NCBI GenBank assembly: GCA_015493525.1
Contig: WGCY01000020.1
Location: forward strand, 52,604-116,603
Source: Bacteroidales bacterium
GTDB lineage: Bacteria > Bacteroidota > Bacteroidia > Bacteroidales > F082
Length of the DNA: 64,000 bases
Direction: 5' to 3'
The notes beneath the pieces are model-generated. The model was not told where the DNA came from. It did not search any database and saw only the letters and a program-made list of their open reading frames with translations. Below are positions 48,883 through 58,149 of the stretch, in pieces. Each line of letters opens with the position of its first letter. Within the stretch, counting starts at the first letter, position 1. The translations under genes and the position numbers were made by a program.

Positions 48883-49710
48883 TTAACCTAAAGCAAGACG
48901 TTTGAAGTCGGTAACGGTAAGTTCTTTGTCAAAACTTTGTAAATACTGACTGATATTTTTCTTGGAATCTTTAATGAAAGCCTGGTTCAGCAAGGTGTTT
49001 TCTTTGAAAAATTTGTTCAACTTGCCCTGTGCAATTCTTTCAATCATTGCTTCCGGTTTGCCCTCCTGGCGTGCCTGTTCTTTGCCAATTTCCAGCTCGC
49101 GTTGGATAACATCTTCAGCAACACGGTCTTTGTCGACAGCTACGGGGGCCATGGCAGCAATCTGCATGACCACATCATGGCCGGCGGCGGCAAATGCTTC
49201 GCCGGCTTTGTTAAAGCCTGCAATGCTGGCAATACGGTTGCCCGGGTGAATGTATGCATAAACAGATTCCGCTTCAACTATTTCGTAATGGCCCAACTGA
49301 ATTTTTTCGCCAATCACACCGGTTTTGTCTATAACTGATTCTTCTACTGTGCGTTCGCCAAGTTTTAATGCTTTTAATTCCTCCGTTGTCTTTACACGGT
49401 TTTCAACAGCGAGGTCAATGACTGATTTTACGTAATCGATAAAATCCTGGTTCTTGGCGACAAAATCTGTTTCGCAGTTGATCATGACGGCGGCAGCGAA
49501 TTTCTTATCGTCACTTACCTTTGCCAGTACAACACCTTCAGAGGCATCGCGGTCGGCACGTTTTGCTGCTACTTTTTGTCCTTTTTTGCGCAAATAATCA
49601 ATGGCTTTTTCTTTGTCGCCATTGGTTTCGACCAGTGCTTTTTTACAATCCATCATGCCGGCACCGGTGGCTTTTCTCAATTCGTTTACTTGTTGGGCAG
49701 TTATCTTCAT
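48883..49710 (-). CDS. tsf: translation elongation factor Ts
   Basis: N-terminal UBA-like ITAQQVNELRKATGAGMMDCKKAL; 275 aa. Confidence 0.93.
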   Translation of the reverse strand: MKITAQQVNELRKATGAGMMDCKKALVETNGDKEKAIDYLRKKGQKVAAKRADRDASEGVVLAKVSDDKKFAAAVMINCETDFVAKNQDFIDYVKSVIDLAVENRVKTTEELKALKLGERTVEESVIDKTGVIGEKIQLGHYEIVEAESVYAYIHPGNRIASIAGFNKAGEAFAAAGHDVVMQIAAMAPVAVDKDRVAEDVIQRELEIGKEQARQEGKPEAMIERIAQGKLNKFFKENTLLNQAFIKDSKKNISQYLQSFDKELTVTDFKRLALG

Positions 49711-49743
49711 TTTTATTCTTTTTATCTGTTTTCGTGAAAACGA

Positions 49744-50622
49744 TTATTTTTCAGGCTTCTTTGCAACAGGTTTTTTAGCAATACGGGGTTTTTTAACCTT
49801 TTTTTCTGCGGCAATGTCAGCTTCTTCTTCGGCTTGTTTCAGATTTTCCGATTTGGCTTTTAAATCTGCTTCCTTGGCGGCTGCGATGGCATCTTCTTTG
49901 GCTTTCTTCTCGGCAGCACTTTTTTCGCGGGCCATTTTACGCTCTGCAAGGCCTTCGGCCACAGCCGAACCGACAACATTCATGATTAAAGCAATACTTT
50001 TTGACGCATCATCGTTTGCAGGGATGGGAAAATCGATAAGGTGCGGGTCCGTGTTGGTATCTACCATGGCAAAAATGGGGATGTTCAGTTTCCGTGCTTC
50101 GGCAACAGCAATTTTCTCTTTGTTGATGTCGACGATGAACAAAGCTGCCGGAATACGTGCCATATCGGCAATGCTCCCCAGGTTCTTTTCCAGTTTGGCA
50201 CGCTCGCGGGTAACCTGCAAACGTTCACGCTTAGAGAGGTTTTTCCACGAGTTGGTGGTCATCATCTTGTCGATATTGGTCATTTTGCGGATGGCTTTGC
50301 GGATAGTGGCAAAGTTGGTAAGCATCCCGCCGGGCCAACGTTCTGTTACATAAGGCATGTTCACTTTTTGTGCCACATCGGCAACAATGTCTTTGGCTTG
50401 TTTCTTGGTGGAAACAAAAAGAATTCTGCGGCCCGATTTGGCCACTTGTTTCAGTGCATTGGAAGCTTCTTCCAGTTTTGCCTGTGTTTTGTACAGGTCA
50501 ATAATGTGAATACCATTGCGCTCCATAAAAATATACGGGGCCATGTTTGGATTCCATTTGCGTTTGAGGTGGCCAAAATGTACACCAGCCTCAAGCATCT
50601 CGTCAAAGGTTACTTTTACCAT
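49744..50622 (-). CDS. rpsB: 30S ribosomal protein S2 (with Lys/Ala/Glu-rich C-terminal extension)
   Basis: GVHFGHLKRKWNPNM and the conserved S2 core. About 60 aa of low-complexity tail. Confidence 0.93.
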   Translation of the reverse strand: MVKVTFDEMLEAGVHFGHLKRKWNPNMAPYIFMERNGIHIIDLYKTQAKLEEASNALKQVAKSGRRILFVSTKKQAKDIVADVAQKVNMPYVTERWPGGMLTNFATIRKAIRKMTNIDKMMTTNSWKNLSKRERLQVTRERAKLEKNLGSIADMARIPAALFIVDINKEKIAVAEARKLNIPIFAMVDTNTDPHLIDFPIPANDDASKSIALIMNVVGSAVAEGLAERKMAREKSAAEKKAKEDAIAAAKEADLKAKSENLKQAEEEADIAAEKKVKKPRIAKKPVAKKPEK

Positions 50623-50735
50623 GTTAATTTGTTTAAAATTTGTTTACATTCACTAAAGTCAATTGCTGAATAGTCTGCCTTTGGCAAAGTTTCAGCAATT
50701 TGGATACTAAACTCGTTCCAATATCTTGAAAAATA

Positions 50736-51122
50736 CTAACGTTTGGAAAACTGGAATTTTTTACGAGCTTTAGGTTGTCCCGGTTTTTTACGCTCTACCA
50801 TGCGGGGATCTCTTCTCATTAGGCCGTTTTCTTTGAGCACCGGACGATATTCTTCGTTCATTTTTACGAGTGCTCTTGAAATAGCCAGGCGAAGGGCTTC
50901 TGCCTGTCCGTTAAAACCACCTCCATCGAGGTTGGCTTTGATGTCGAATTTGCCGGTGTTTTCTGTGAGAATCAAAGGCTGTTCAACAACATAGTGCAAG
51001 ATGGCTGTAGGAAAGTACGCTTTAAAATCACGTCCGTTGACAGTAATTTTGCCGTCTCCATCTTTCACATAGATCCGTGCAATAGCAGTTTTTCTTCTTC
51101 CGAGTGCATTTAAAACTTCCAT
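50736..51122 (-). CDS. rpsI: 30S ribosomal protein S9
   Basis: 128 aa, GRRKTAIARI ... GGGFNGQAEA ... ending in KR. Confidence 0.93.
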   Translation of the reverse strand: MEVLNALGRRKTAIARIYVKDGDGKITVNGRDFKAYFPTAILHYVVEQPLILTENTGKFDIKANLDGGGFNGQAEALRLAISRALVKMNEEYRPVLKENGLMRRDPRMVERKKPGQPKARKKFQFSKR

Positions 51123-51126
51123 TCTG

Positions 51127-51582
51127 TTATCTGATTGAATTTAAATTAATTTTCTTAGGTTTCTGGGCTTCCTGTTCATGTTGGCTGCCGGCATAGACAT
51201 AAAGGTTTCTGAATAAGTCTGCACCCAGTTTGTTTTTTGGCAACATGCCTTTGATGGCTCTTTCCACCATTCCTTCAGGTTTTTTCTCCATCAGCTGTTT
51301 GGCTGTGGTGATGCGCTGGCCTCCCGGGTAACCGGTATGGCGGATATACTCTTTTTGTTCCCATTTTTTCCCGGTCAGGCGGATTTTATCGGCATTGATA
51401 ATGACCACATAATCACCGGTGTCGGCATGGGGGGTAAAGTTGGTTTTGTATTTTCCTCTCAGGAATTTGGCAGCTATGGAGGCCAGTCTGCCGAGAACCT
51501 GATTTTCTGCATCAATCAAAATCCACTCTTTGTTGGCGGTTGCTTTGTTTGCGCTGATTGTCTTATAACTTAATGTATCCAT
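51127..51582 (-). CDS. rplM: 50S ribosomal protein L13
   Basis: 151 aa with conserved W-x-x-IDA, GRLAS and HTGYPGG stretches. Confidence 0.93.
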   Translation of the reverse strand: MDTLSYKTISANKATANKEWILIDAENQVLGRLASIAAKFLRGKYKTNFTPHADTGDYVVIINADKIRLTGKKWEQKEYIRHTGYPGGQRITTAKQLMEKKPEGMVERAIKGMLPKNKLGADLFRNLYVYAGSQHEQEAQKPKKINLNSIR

Positions 51583-51635
51583 CTATCTAATTGTTTCTTA
51601 AGCTCTTTTGCTATTTCGTCCAAAAATCGGGGTGC

Positions 51636-51667
51636 AAAAATAGAAACTATTTTCCAAATAGCCAAAG
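51636..51667 (-). promoter_or_regulatory. candidate Bacteroidota-type promoter for rplM-rpsI
   Basis: Minus strand has TTTG (51664-51667), a 20-nt spacer, then TATTTTTG (51636-51643). This matches the TTTG / TAnnTTTG consensus. Confidence 0.4.
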
Positions 51668-51754
51668 TTTTAAACATTTTATTGTTGATTTTTTTCTGTG
51701 GCAAATTTTTTTGGTTTGGGCGGGCCTGCCCACGGGCTTTCACGGGCAGCTATT

Positions 51755-51987
51755 GCCGTGAGGGTCTCCGGATTTTTTACCACCAAGGAACACGAAGTGC
51801 ACCCAGGAATTAGTTTTTTTACCGTTTAACCCTGAGGCAATAAGCGAAAGCCTTGCGTGCAGAAATTGTTGTGAGAGCCTTGGGATTTTTTCACCACGAG
51901 GGAACACCAAGGACAACATGAAGGACACCAGGGAGGTATTTCTCAGATATTCTTTTTTTTTCCAACGTTCAACCCTGAGGCAATCAG
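51755..51987. repeat. two tandem units of an intergenic element related to the 19.4-kb repeats
   Basis: Unit 1 reads GTGAGGGTCTCCGGATTTTTTACCACCAAGGAACACGAAG...AACCCTGAGGCAATAAG. Unit 2 reads GTGAGAGCCTTGGGATTTTTTCACCACGAGGGAACACCAAGG...AACCCTGAGGCAATCAG. Confidence 0.55.
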
Positions 51988-52229
51988 GGCAGGTTGTGGG
52001 TTAGCATTGCCGTAAGGGGCTTAGTGTTTAGAAACGGAAATGATTTGTAGCGAAGATGCTTACACCGCCCTCCCGCACTATTCCCCGGCCCATGCGGCTC
52101 AGAAATAAATGAATGGTGAATTTTTATTATCGTTTAGCTCTTTGCAACACAGGCATTGAATCCGACAGGAATAATCCCTTATTTTTGTCGTGCCGGAACA
52201 TTCCGGCGTTGTTGAATAAACCATTTACC

Positions 52230-55109
52230 ATGTTGCATACTTTTTCAAGAGAGAAAACCTCCGCTTTTCTGTTTTCCGGATTTTTTATCCTGATGCTGCT
52301 TTTCCTGCTGACGGGAAACGGTGCCTATGCCCAGGCCGTATGGCTCAACCCGGCCAACCCGGGCCCCAACGACAGTGTTACCCTCTTTTTTAATGCCTCC
52401 AAGGGGAACAAGGCACTGGAAAACTACGACGGTGAAGTTTATCTGCACGCCGGCGTCATCACCAACAAAAGCCTGGACGCGCACAGCTGGAAAAACGTGG
52501 TGGGCAACTGGGGCAAGGCCGACCCCCGTGTGCACATGCAGCGCGTGGGCAAAAACCTGTATGCTTTTCATTTCATCATTCAAAAATTTTACAACCTGCA
52601 CAAAGACGAAGTGGTACAGCAGCTTACCTTCGTCTTCCGCAATGCCAACGGTTCCAAAGTGGCCAAAGACGAAAACGGACAGGATTTCCTGATTCCCGTT
52701 TTCGGTTATAAACCGCCGGTGAAAAAGAAAGCGGTTTACCTTTTCCCAAACAGAAAGATGACCGGCTTTTCGGTGAAAAACGGCATCCTGACCGTCAAAA
52801 CCGACCACGGTTTCCTGCAAGTTGCTTTTTACACGCCCAAAATTGCTGAAATCAAGAATTTCAAAGCCGGCACCCACGTTCCCGACTCTTCGGTGGCCCT
52901 TGTTTTGCCTCCCGCAGAGAATCTGGCTACCTTGAAAAACACGGGCAACAACCTGGTTTTCAGCAGCGACAGCCTGCAGGTCGTTATCCGGAAAAACCCG
53001 GTACGTATCGCTTTTGTTTATCATCACGACACGCTGCTGCGTGAAACACGGGGCTATTTCCGGCGTTCGGACAATGCCGGGCTGCAGTTTGCCATGGGTG
53101 CCCGCGAGCATTTCTACGGATTGGGCGAACGGGCTATTGACAACCTGAAAGGAAAGCGTTTTGAGCTGTTCAACCAGGCCCATTACAACTACCAGATCGG
53201 GGAGCCCAACCTCAACTTTTCGGTGCCCCTACTGCTCTCTTCCAAAAAATACCTTTTGTTTTTCGACAACCACGAAAAAGGATATGCCGACCTGGGCAAA
53301 ACCGTGAAAAACCAACTGGAATTCGGTGCCATAGGCGGAATGATGAAATATGTTTTTATCGCCGGGTACAGCTATCCCGACCTGTACCTGTCATACGGCC
53401 GGCTGACCGGCACACAGCCCCTGCCGCCGCGCTGGGCATTGGGAAACCTGCAATCGCGCATGGCTTACCGCACCCAGAAAGAGGCCGATTCCATTGTCCG
53501 CCTCATGCACGAAAAACATTTCCCCATGGATGCCATCATTCTCGACTTTTACTGGTTTGGCGACAGCATAAAAGGCACCATGGGACGGCTGGCGTGGTAC
53601 AAGCCCAATTGGCCGCACCCCAAACAGATGATTGCCCAATTCAGAAAAAAAGGCGTAAAAACCATCCTGATTACGGAACCTTACATTCTGGACACCCTGA
53701 AAAATTTCCACATTGCCGACAGCCTGCACATCCTGGCCACCGATAGCCTTGGGAAGACTTATGTCAACAACGAGTTTTATTTCGGCCCGGGTGCTTTAAT
53801 CGATATCTTTAAACCGAGAGCACGACAGTGGTTCTGGCAGCAATACCAAAAACAGATCAAAATCGGCGTGGCCGGCTGGTGGGGCGACCTGGGCGAGCCC
53901 GAAAGCCATCCGTTCGACCAGTATTGTGTGAATGGCAGTGCCTGGCAGATACATAATGTGTACGGTTTTTACTGGGAAAAAATGATTTTCGACAATTACC
54001 GGAAAAATTATCCGCAACAGCGTGTTTTCGACCTGAACCGTGCCGGATATGCCGGTTCGCAACGGCTTTCTGTTTTCCCGTGGTCGGGTGATGTGGCCCG
54101 CAGCTGGGGTGGGTTACAGGCACAGCTACCGGTGATGCTCCACATGAGCCTCAGCGGCATGCCATTTATCCATGCGGATGCGGGCGGCTTTGCCCAGGGT
54201 GTCCGCGACGATACCCTCTACGCCCGCTGGCTGCAGTTTGCCTGCTTTTCCCCCATTTTGCGGCCCCACGGCTCGGGCATCCCCTCGGAGCCGGTGTTTT
54301 TCGATACCACAACACAGCGGATTGTCCGGCACTTCATGGACGAACGTTACCGGTTGCTGCCTTATCTCTACACAACGGTCTGGCAGGCGCACCAGGCGGG
54401 AACGCCCATCATCCGGCCGTTGTTTTTCGCTTTCCCGGAAGATACGGTAACCTACTCCATCATGGACGAATACCTGTGGGGCGATGATTTTCTGGTGGCC
54501 CCCGTTTTGCACAATAAGATACAGCTAAAGCGGCTCTATCTCCCGGAAGGGACCTGGTACGACTGGTGGAGCGGCCGTAAATACCACGGCGTGCAATGGA
54601 TTACTGTTCCCGTCAGGCTGGAAACCATTCCCGTGTTTGTAAAAGCCGGTGCTTTTGTTCCCCTGGTAAAAGCGGTGGAATCAACCGATGACTATTCTTC
54701 CCGGGTGCTGACCCTCCGCTTCTATCCAACCGAAAATGGCGTAGGCAGCGAAAGTCTGATGTACGAAGACGATGGAAAAACATTCGGGGCGTACGAAAAA
54801 GGAGAATACGAACTGCTGCGGTTCCGGCAGGTTTCGGGGGACAGGTTTCTTTTTTCAAAAACCGGAAAAGGCTATGCCGGCATGCCGGCGCAACGGTCGG
54901 TCCGGTTTGAATGGATGACCGGAAAAGACCCCGGAAACAGAAAGTTTACCCTCACCGAAAACGGCAGAAAGAAAAAAATCAAAAAAGTGCGGGAGGATGA
55001 ACCACACAAACGAATGCCTGCGCCGGTTTGGTTTTATGACAAAGAGAAAAAATGCGTGGTTATTGATTTTGTGTGGGATGGAAAGCCGGTGGAAATCGTG
55101 ATGAATTAA
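52230..55109 (+). CDS. glycoside hydrolase family 31 alpha-glycosidase with an extra N-terminal beta-rich domain
   Basis: Signal peptide starts at ATG 52230 (MLHTFSREKTSAFLF...AYAQ). GH31-type nucleophile region GWWGDLGEPE and HADAGGF are present. The ORF-track start 52113 is an upstream extension. Confidence 0.82.
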   Translation: MLHTFSREKTSAFLFSGFFILMLLFLLTGNGAYAQAVWLNPANPGPNDSVTLFFNASKGNKALENYDGEVYLHAGVITNKSLDAHSWKNVVGNWGKADPRVHMQRVGKNLYAFHFIIQKFYNLHKDEVVQQLTFVFRNANGSKVAKDENGQDFLIPVFGYKPPVKKKAVYLFPNRKMTGFSVKNGILTVKTDHGFLQVAFYTPKIAEIKNFKAGTHVPDSSVALVLPPAENLATLKNTGNNLVFSSDSLQVVIRKNPVRIAFVYHHDTLLRETRGYFRRSDNAGLQFAMGAREHFYGLGERAIDNLKGKRFELFNQAHYNYQIGEPNLNFSVPLLLSSKKYLLFFDNHEKGYADLGKTVKNQLEFGAIGGMMKYVFIAGYSYPDLYLSYGRLTGTQPLPPRWALGNLQSRMAYRTQKEADSIVRLMHEKHFPMDAIILDFYWFGDSIKGTMGRLAWYKPNWPHPKQMIAQFRKKGVKTILITEPYILDTLKNFHIADSLHILATDSLGKTYVNNEFYFGPGALIDIFKPRARQWFWQQYQKQIKIGVAGWWGDLGEPESHPFDQYCVNGSAWQIHNVYGFYWEKMIFDNYRKNYPQQRVFDLNRAGYAGSQRLSVFPWSGDVARSWGGLQAQLPVMLHMSLSGMPFIHADAGGFAQGVRDDTLYARWLQFACFSPILRPHGSGIPSEPVFFDTTTQRIVRHFMDERYRLLPYLYTTVWQAHQAGTPIIRPLFFAFPEDTVTYSIMDEYLWGDDFLVAPVLHNKIQLKRLYLPEGTWYDWWSGRKYHGVQWITVPVRLETIPVFVKAGAFVPLVKAVESTDDYSSRVLTLRFYPTENGVGSESLMYEDDGKTFGAYEKGEYELLRFRQVSGDRFLFSKTGKGYAGMPAQRSVRFEWMTGKDPGNRKFTLTENGRKKKIKKVREDEPHKRMPAPVWFYDKEKKCVVIDFVWDGKPVEIVMN

Positions 55110-55167
55110 TAACTCAGTGATGAAAATAAGTAAGTAAAAACGGTCAACGCTATTCAGGCATCAACAA

Positions 55168-55230
55168 CTCCCGACTCCCGACTTCCGACTCCCGACTTCC
55201 GACTCCCGACTTCTGTCTTCCGCCTTCTCT
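55168..55230. repeat. nine tandem heptamers CTYCCGA (CTCCCGA/CTTCCGA alternating, degenerating at the 3' end)
   Basis: Read directly from the sequence. The array fills the convergent GH31/TolC spacer and ends on the TolC stop codon. Confidence 0.7.
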
Positions 55231-56548
55231 ACCAAATACGCAGTCCCATGGTTTCCATCAGGCGGTAGCGGTTCAGGGTAATTTTGTAAAGCCCGGCAAT
55301 GTAACTGAGGCGGGCACGGGTGAGCGAAGTCTCGGCATCCAGCAGGGTCAGGTTGGTGGCGTATCCGCTGCGGTAGTTCACGCGGGCCTGTTTGACGGCC
55401 GCCTGTGCGCTGAGGATTTCCAGCCTGGCCATTTTCAGTTGTTTTTCGCTCGTCAGCAGGTTCGAGGCGGCTTGTTGTACCTCGCGGCTCACCGTTTTTT
55501 TCAAAGCTTCAATGTGCTCGTTTACGGCCCGGGCATTCCACTGCGCCGTTTCCATTTTGGCTTTTTTCAGGCCGCCTTCGTAAATGGGAAAATCAGCCGC
55601 CACGCCCAGCATCCAGTTACCGCGCAGCCGGTTCAGGGCATCGGGATAACCGTTTTTTGCCCCCGCACTGCCTATGGCACTGAGCGTAGGTGCCGCACTG
55701 CGCCGCGCAATCTCCTTTTGAATGTTGGCTGCCTGCTGACCGATTTTTCCCAGCCTGATTTCCTCCCGGTGGCTCCAGGCCATATGGATGAGCGTATCAA
55801 GGGGTAATTCCGGCACCGTTTTCATGAACTCCCCGGTAACGGCCAGGGTGGTGTCATGCGGTAGGTTGAGCAACGATTTCAGCACAATTTCATTTTGGTG
55901 CAGCAGGTTTTCAATGGCGATTTCCTGGTTTTCGATGGCCGTTACCCGCACGCGAGTGGTAAGCGTATCCAGGCTGACGGCCGAACCGGTCTCCACCAGC
56001 TTTTTGGACACGTTGAGATGACTGAGCAGGTCTTTTCGCTGTTGTTCTTTTACCTTAAGGCTTTCGCGAAGAAACAGTACCGAATAAAAGGCCTGCACCG
56101 TCCGGTAGGCAAGCCTGTTTTTTAGCAGATTGATTTTTTCTTCCTGCGCCAGCCGGTTCGATTTCAGCAGGTTAATCCACTCGTTGCGGCGGTTGAAATC
56201 AAAAATCAGGTAACGCACATCCACATGGCCGGTGTAATTGTTGGCCGGTGCCACATCAACGGATTCCATTCCTGCCGGGGTAGCAAACGAAAAATAGGGA
56301 ACCGGCCCCATGTAATGGTACGAAAGTACTGCCGACACCTGTGGGAGCTTGCTGCTTTCGGTCTGTTTGATCTTTGCCCCGGCAGCTTGCACATAGCTTT
56401 CCGCTTCGCGCAGCAAAGGCTGGTTGCTGGTGGCCATAGAAACAGCCTTTGACAGAGTAAGTGAATCTTTTACAACATTTTGGGCATGCGCAAATACTGA
56501 AATGCCCACAAACATCATCAACATACAGAATGAAATTATTTTTTTCAT
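55229..56548 (-). CDS. TolC family outer membrane efflux protein
   Basis: 439 aa with a signal peptide and two-fold repeated coiled-coil/beta pattern. It is the last gene of the efflux operon. Confidence 0.85.
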   Translation of the reverse strand: MKKIISFCMLMMFVGISVFAHAQNVVKDSLTLSKAVSMATSNQPLLREAESYVQAAGAKIKQTESSKLPQVSAVLSYHYMGPVPYFSFATPAGMESVDVAPANNYTGHVDVRYLIFDFNRRNEWINLLKSNRLAQEEKINLLKNRLAYRTVQAFYSVLFLRESLKVKEQQRKDLLSHLNVSKKLVETGSAVSLDTLTTRVRVTAIENQEIAIENLLHQNEIVLKSLLNLPHDTTLAVTGEFMKTVPELPLDTLIHMAWSHREEIRLGKIGQQAANIQKEIARRSAAPTLSAIGSAGAKNGYPDALNRLRGNWMLGVAADFPIYEGGLKKAKMETAQWNARAVNEHIEALKKTVSREVQQAASNLLTSEKQLKMARLEILSAQAAVKQARVNYRSGYATNLTLLDAETSLTRARLSYIAGLYKITLNRYRLMETMGLRIW

Positions 56549-56559
56549 TGGTTCGTTTT

Positions 56560-58149
56560 TTAAGACCTCGAAGATTGTCTTTTGGTTTTTAACATCAATA
56601 ACGGAACAATAAGTGCCGCCGTCAGGAGTGCCCCCACAAAAAAGTCATCGTTAATTCCCTGTACAAATGCTTGTGCCACAATGTTTTTCACCAACATCAT
56701 TTTTGCTTCAATCACAGCAGTATGAGAAGATGCCCCGGCACTGTGAACGGCAAATGCTTCCAGTCTCTTCACCACCTCCCGGAAAGCAGGGGAATTGGCA
56801 CTCATCCGGCCACCATAAATTTCTTTATGAAAGATAACCCTTTGCGTAAGCAGGGTGCCCAGCACGGCAATACCAAAACTGCCCCCTATCTGCCGCACGG
56901 TGTTAAACAACCCTGAAGCCTGGCCGAGTTGCGGCTTGGGGATGTCCAGTAACGCAATGGTCGTCATGGGGGTAAAAATGAGGCCAAGGGCCAGCCCCCT
57001 GATATAAATCGGGAGCATCACCTGTCCGTGCATGGTCTGCAACGAGAAAAAACTGAACAGGTAAAGTGAAAGTGCCATAAAAAACATGCCAAATATCGCC
57101 GGGATTTTAGGATTTACCATATCGGTTACCTTACCTATGACCGGGGAGACAAAAGCCTGAAGGATCCCCACCGGAAAAAATACAAGTCCTGCCTGCAAAG
57201 CGGTGTAGCCCAGTGAGTTTTGTAAATAAATGGGCAACAGAAAAGCATTACCGTAAAAAGCTATGCCAAACACAAACATAACAAGGGAAGCCAAACCGAA
57301 ATTACGGTTCTTAAAAAGTTTCACGTTCACAATGGGATAACTGATCAAAGTCTCTACAAGAAAAAAGAGGACAAAACTCAGTGCCGAAACAAAAAAGCAG
57401 GACATGGTGAAAGCCGATGTCCAGCCATCCGTATTCCAGCTGGAATTTGCCGTTGATAAAGCCAGCAACAACATTCCCAGCGCAATGGTCATGAAAATGA
57501 ATCCGAAAAAATCAAATTTGGTTACACTTTTGGATTTGTACTCTTTCTGAATGACCCAGACGACGAGAAGGCCGATAATACCTACGGGGACGTTAATGTC
57601 AAAAATGGCGTGCCACGAGAAATTATCTACCAGATAGCCTCCTGCCAAAGGCCCGAGAGAGATGGATGCAGCAGCGGCAATTCCCCAGAAACCAAGTGCC
57701 ATGCCCCTTTGTTTGGGTGGAAAAGCCCGTGTTACAATGGCCATGCCCACCGGCATCACAAAGCCGGCACCAACCCCCTGAACAATCCTGAAAAGGATCA
57801 GCACATCTTCGTTCCACGAAAGGCTGCACAACAACGACCCGAAAGTAAAAAGGAAAAAGCCGAGCATGTAGGTTTTCTTGTATCCGAAATGGTCTGCAAT
57901 CCATCCCGACGAAGGCAATACCACGGCAAAAGCCAAAAGATAGGCAGTCATTACCCACTCAATCTGGTCTACGCTCACGCCAAAAGCAGCCATCATTTTC
58001 GGGAAAGCCACACTCACAATGGTAGAGTCCAGAACGGCCATAAACGTGCCGATCATAACACTCCCCAGCACCCACCATTTGTTGGGATCAGTATCGTTCG
58101 CCATAGCTGTCAAAACAGGCTGTTTACCAGATTGTAAATCCTTTGTCAC
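56560..58149 (-). CDS. DHA2-family MFS multidrug efflux transporter (EmrB/QacA type, 14 TM)
   Basis: 14 hydrophobic segments and MFS motif A-like GWIADHFGYKKT. The ATG at 58104 (MANDTDPNKWW) would remove the 26-nt overlap with the upstream gene. Confidence 0.87.
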   Translation of the reverse strand: MTKDLQSGKQPVLTAMANDTDPNKWWVLGSVMIGTFMAVLDSTIVSVAFPKMMAAFGVSVDQIEWVMTAYLLAFAVVLPSSGWIADHFGYKKTYMLGFFLFTFGSLLCSLSWNEDVLILFRIVQGVGAGFVMPVGMAIVTRAFPPKQRGMALGFWGIAAAASISLGPLAGGYLVDNFSWHAIFDINVPVGIIGLLVVWVIQKEYKSKSVTKFDFFGFIFMTIALGMLLLALSTANSSWNTDGWTSAFTMSCFFVSALSFVLFFLVETLISYPIVNVKLFKNRNFGLASLVMFVFGIAFYGNAFLLPIYLQNSLGYTALQAGLVFFPVGILQAFVSPVIGKVTDMVNPKIPAIFGMFFMALSLYLFSFFSLQTMHGQVMLPIYIRGLALGLIFTPMTTIALLDIPKPQLGQASGLFNTVRQIGGSFGIAVLGTLLTQRVIFHKEIYGGRMSANSPAFREVVKRLEAFAVHSAGASSHTAVIEAKMMLVKNIVAQAFVQGINDDFFVGALLTAALIVPLLMLKTKRQSSRS

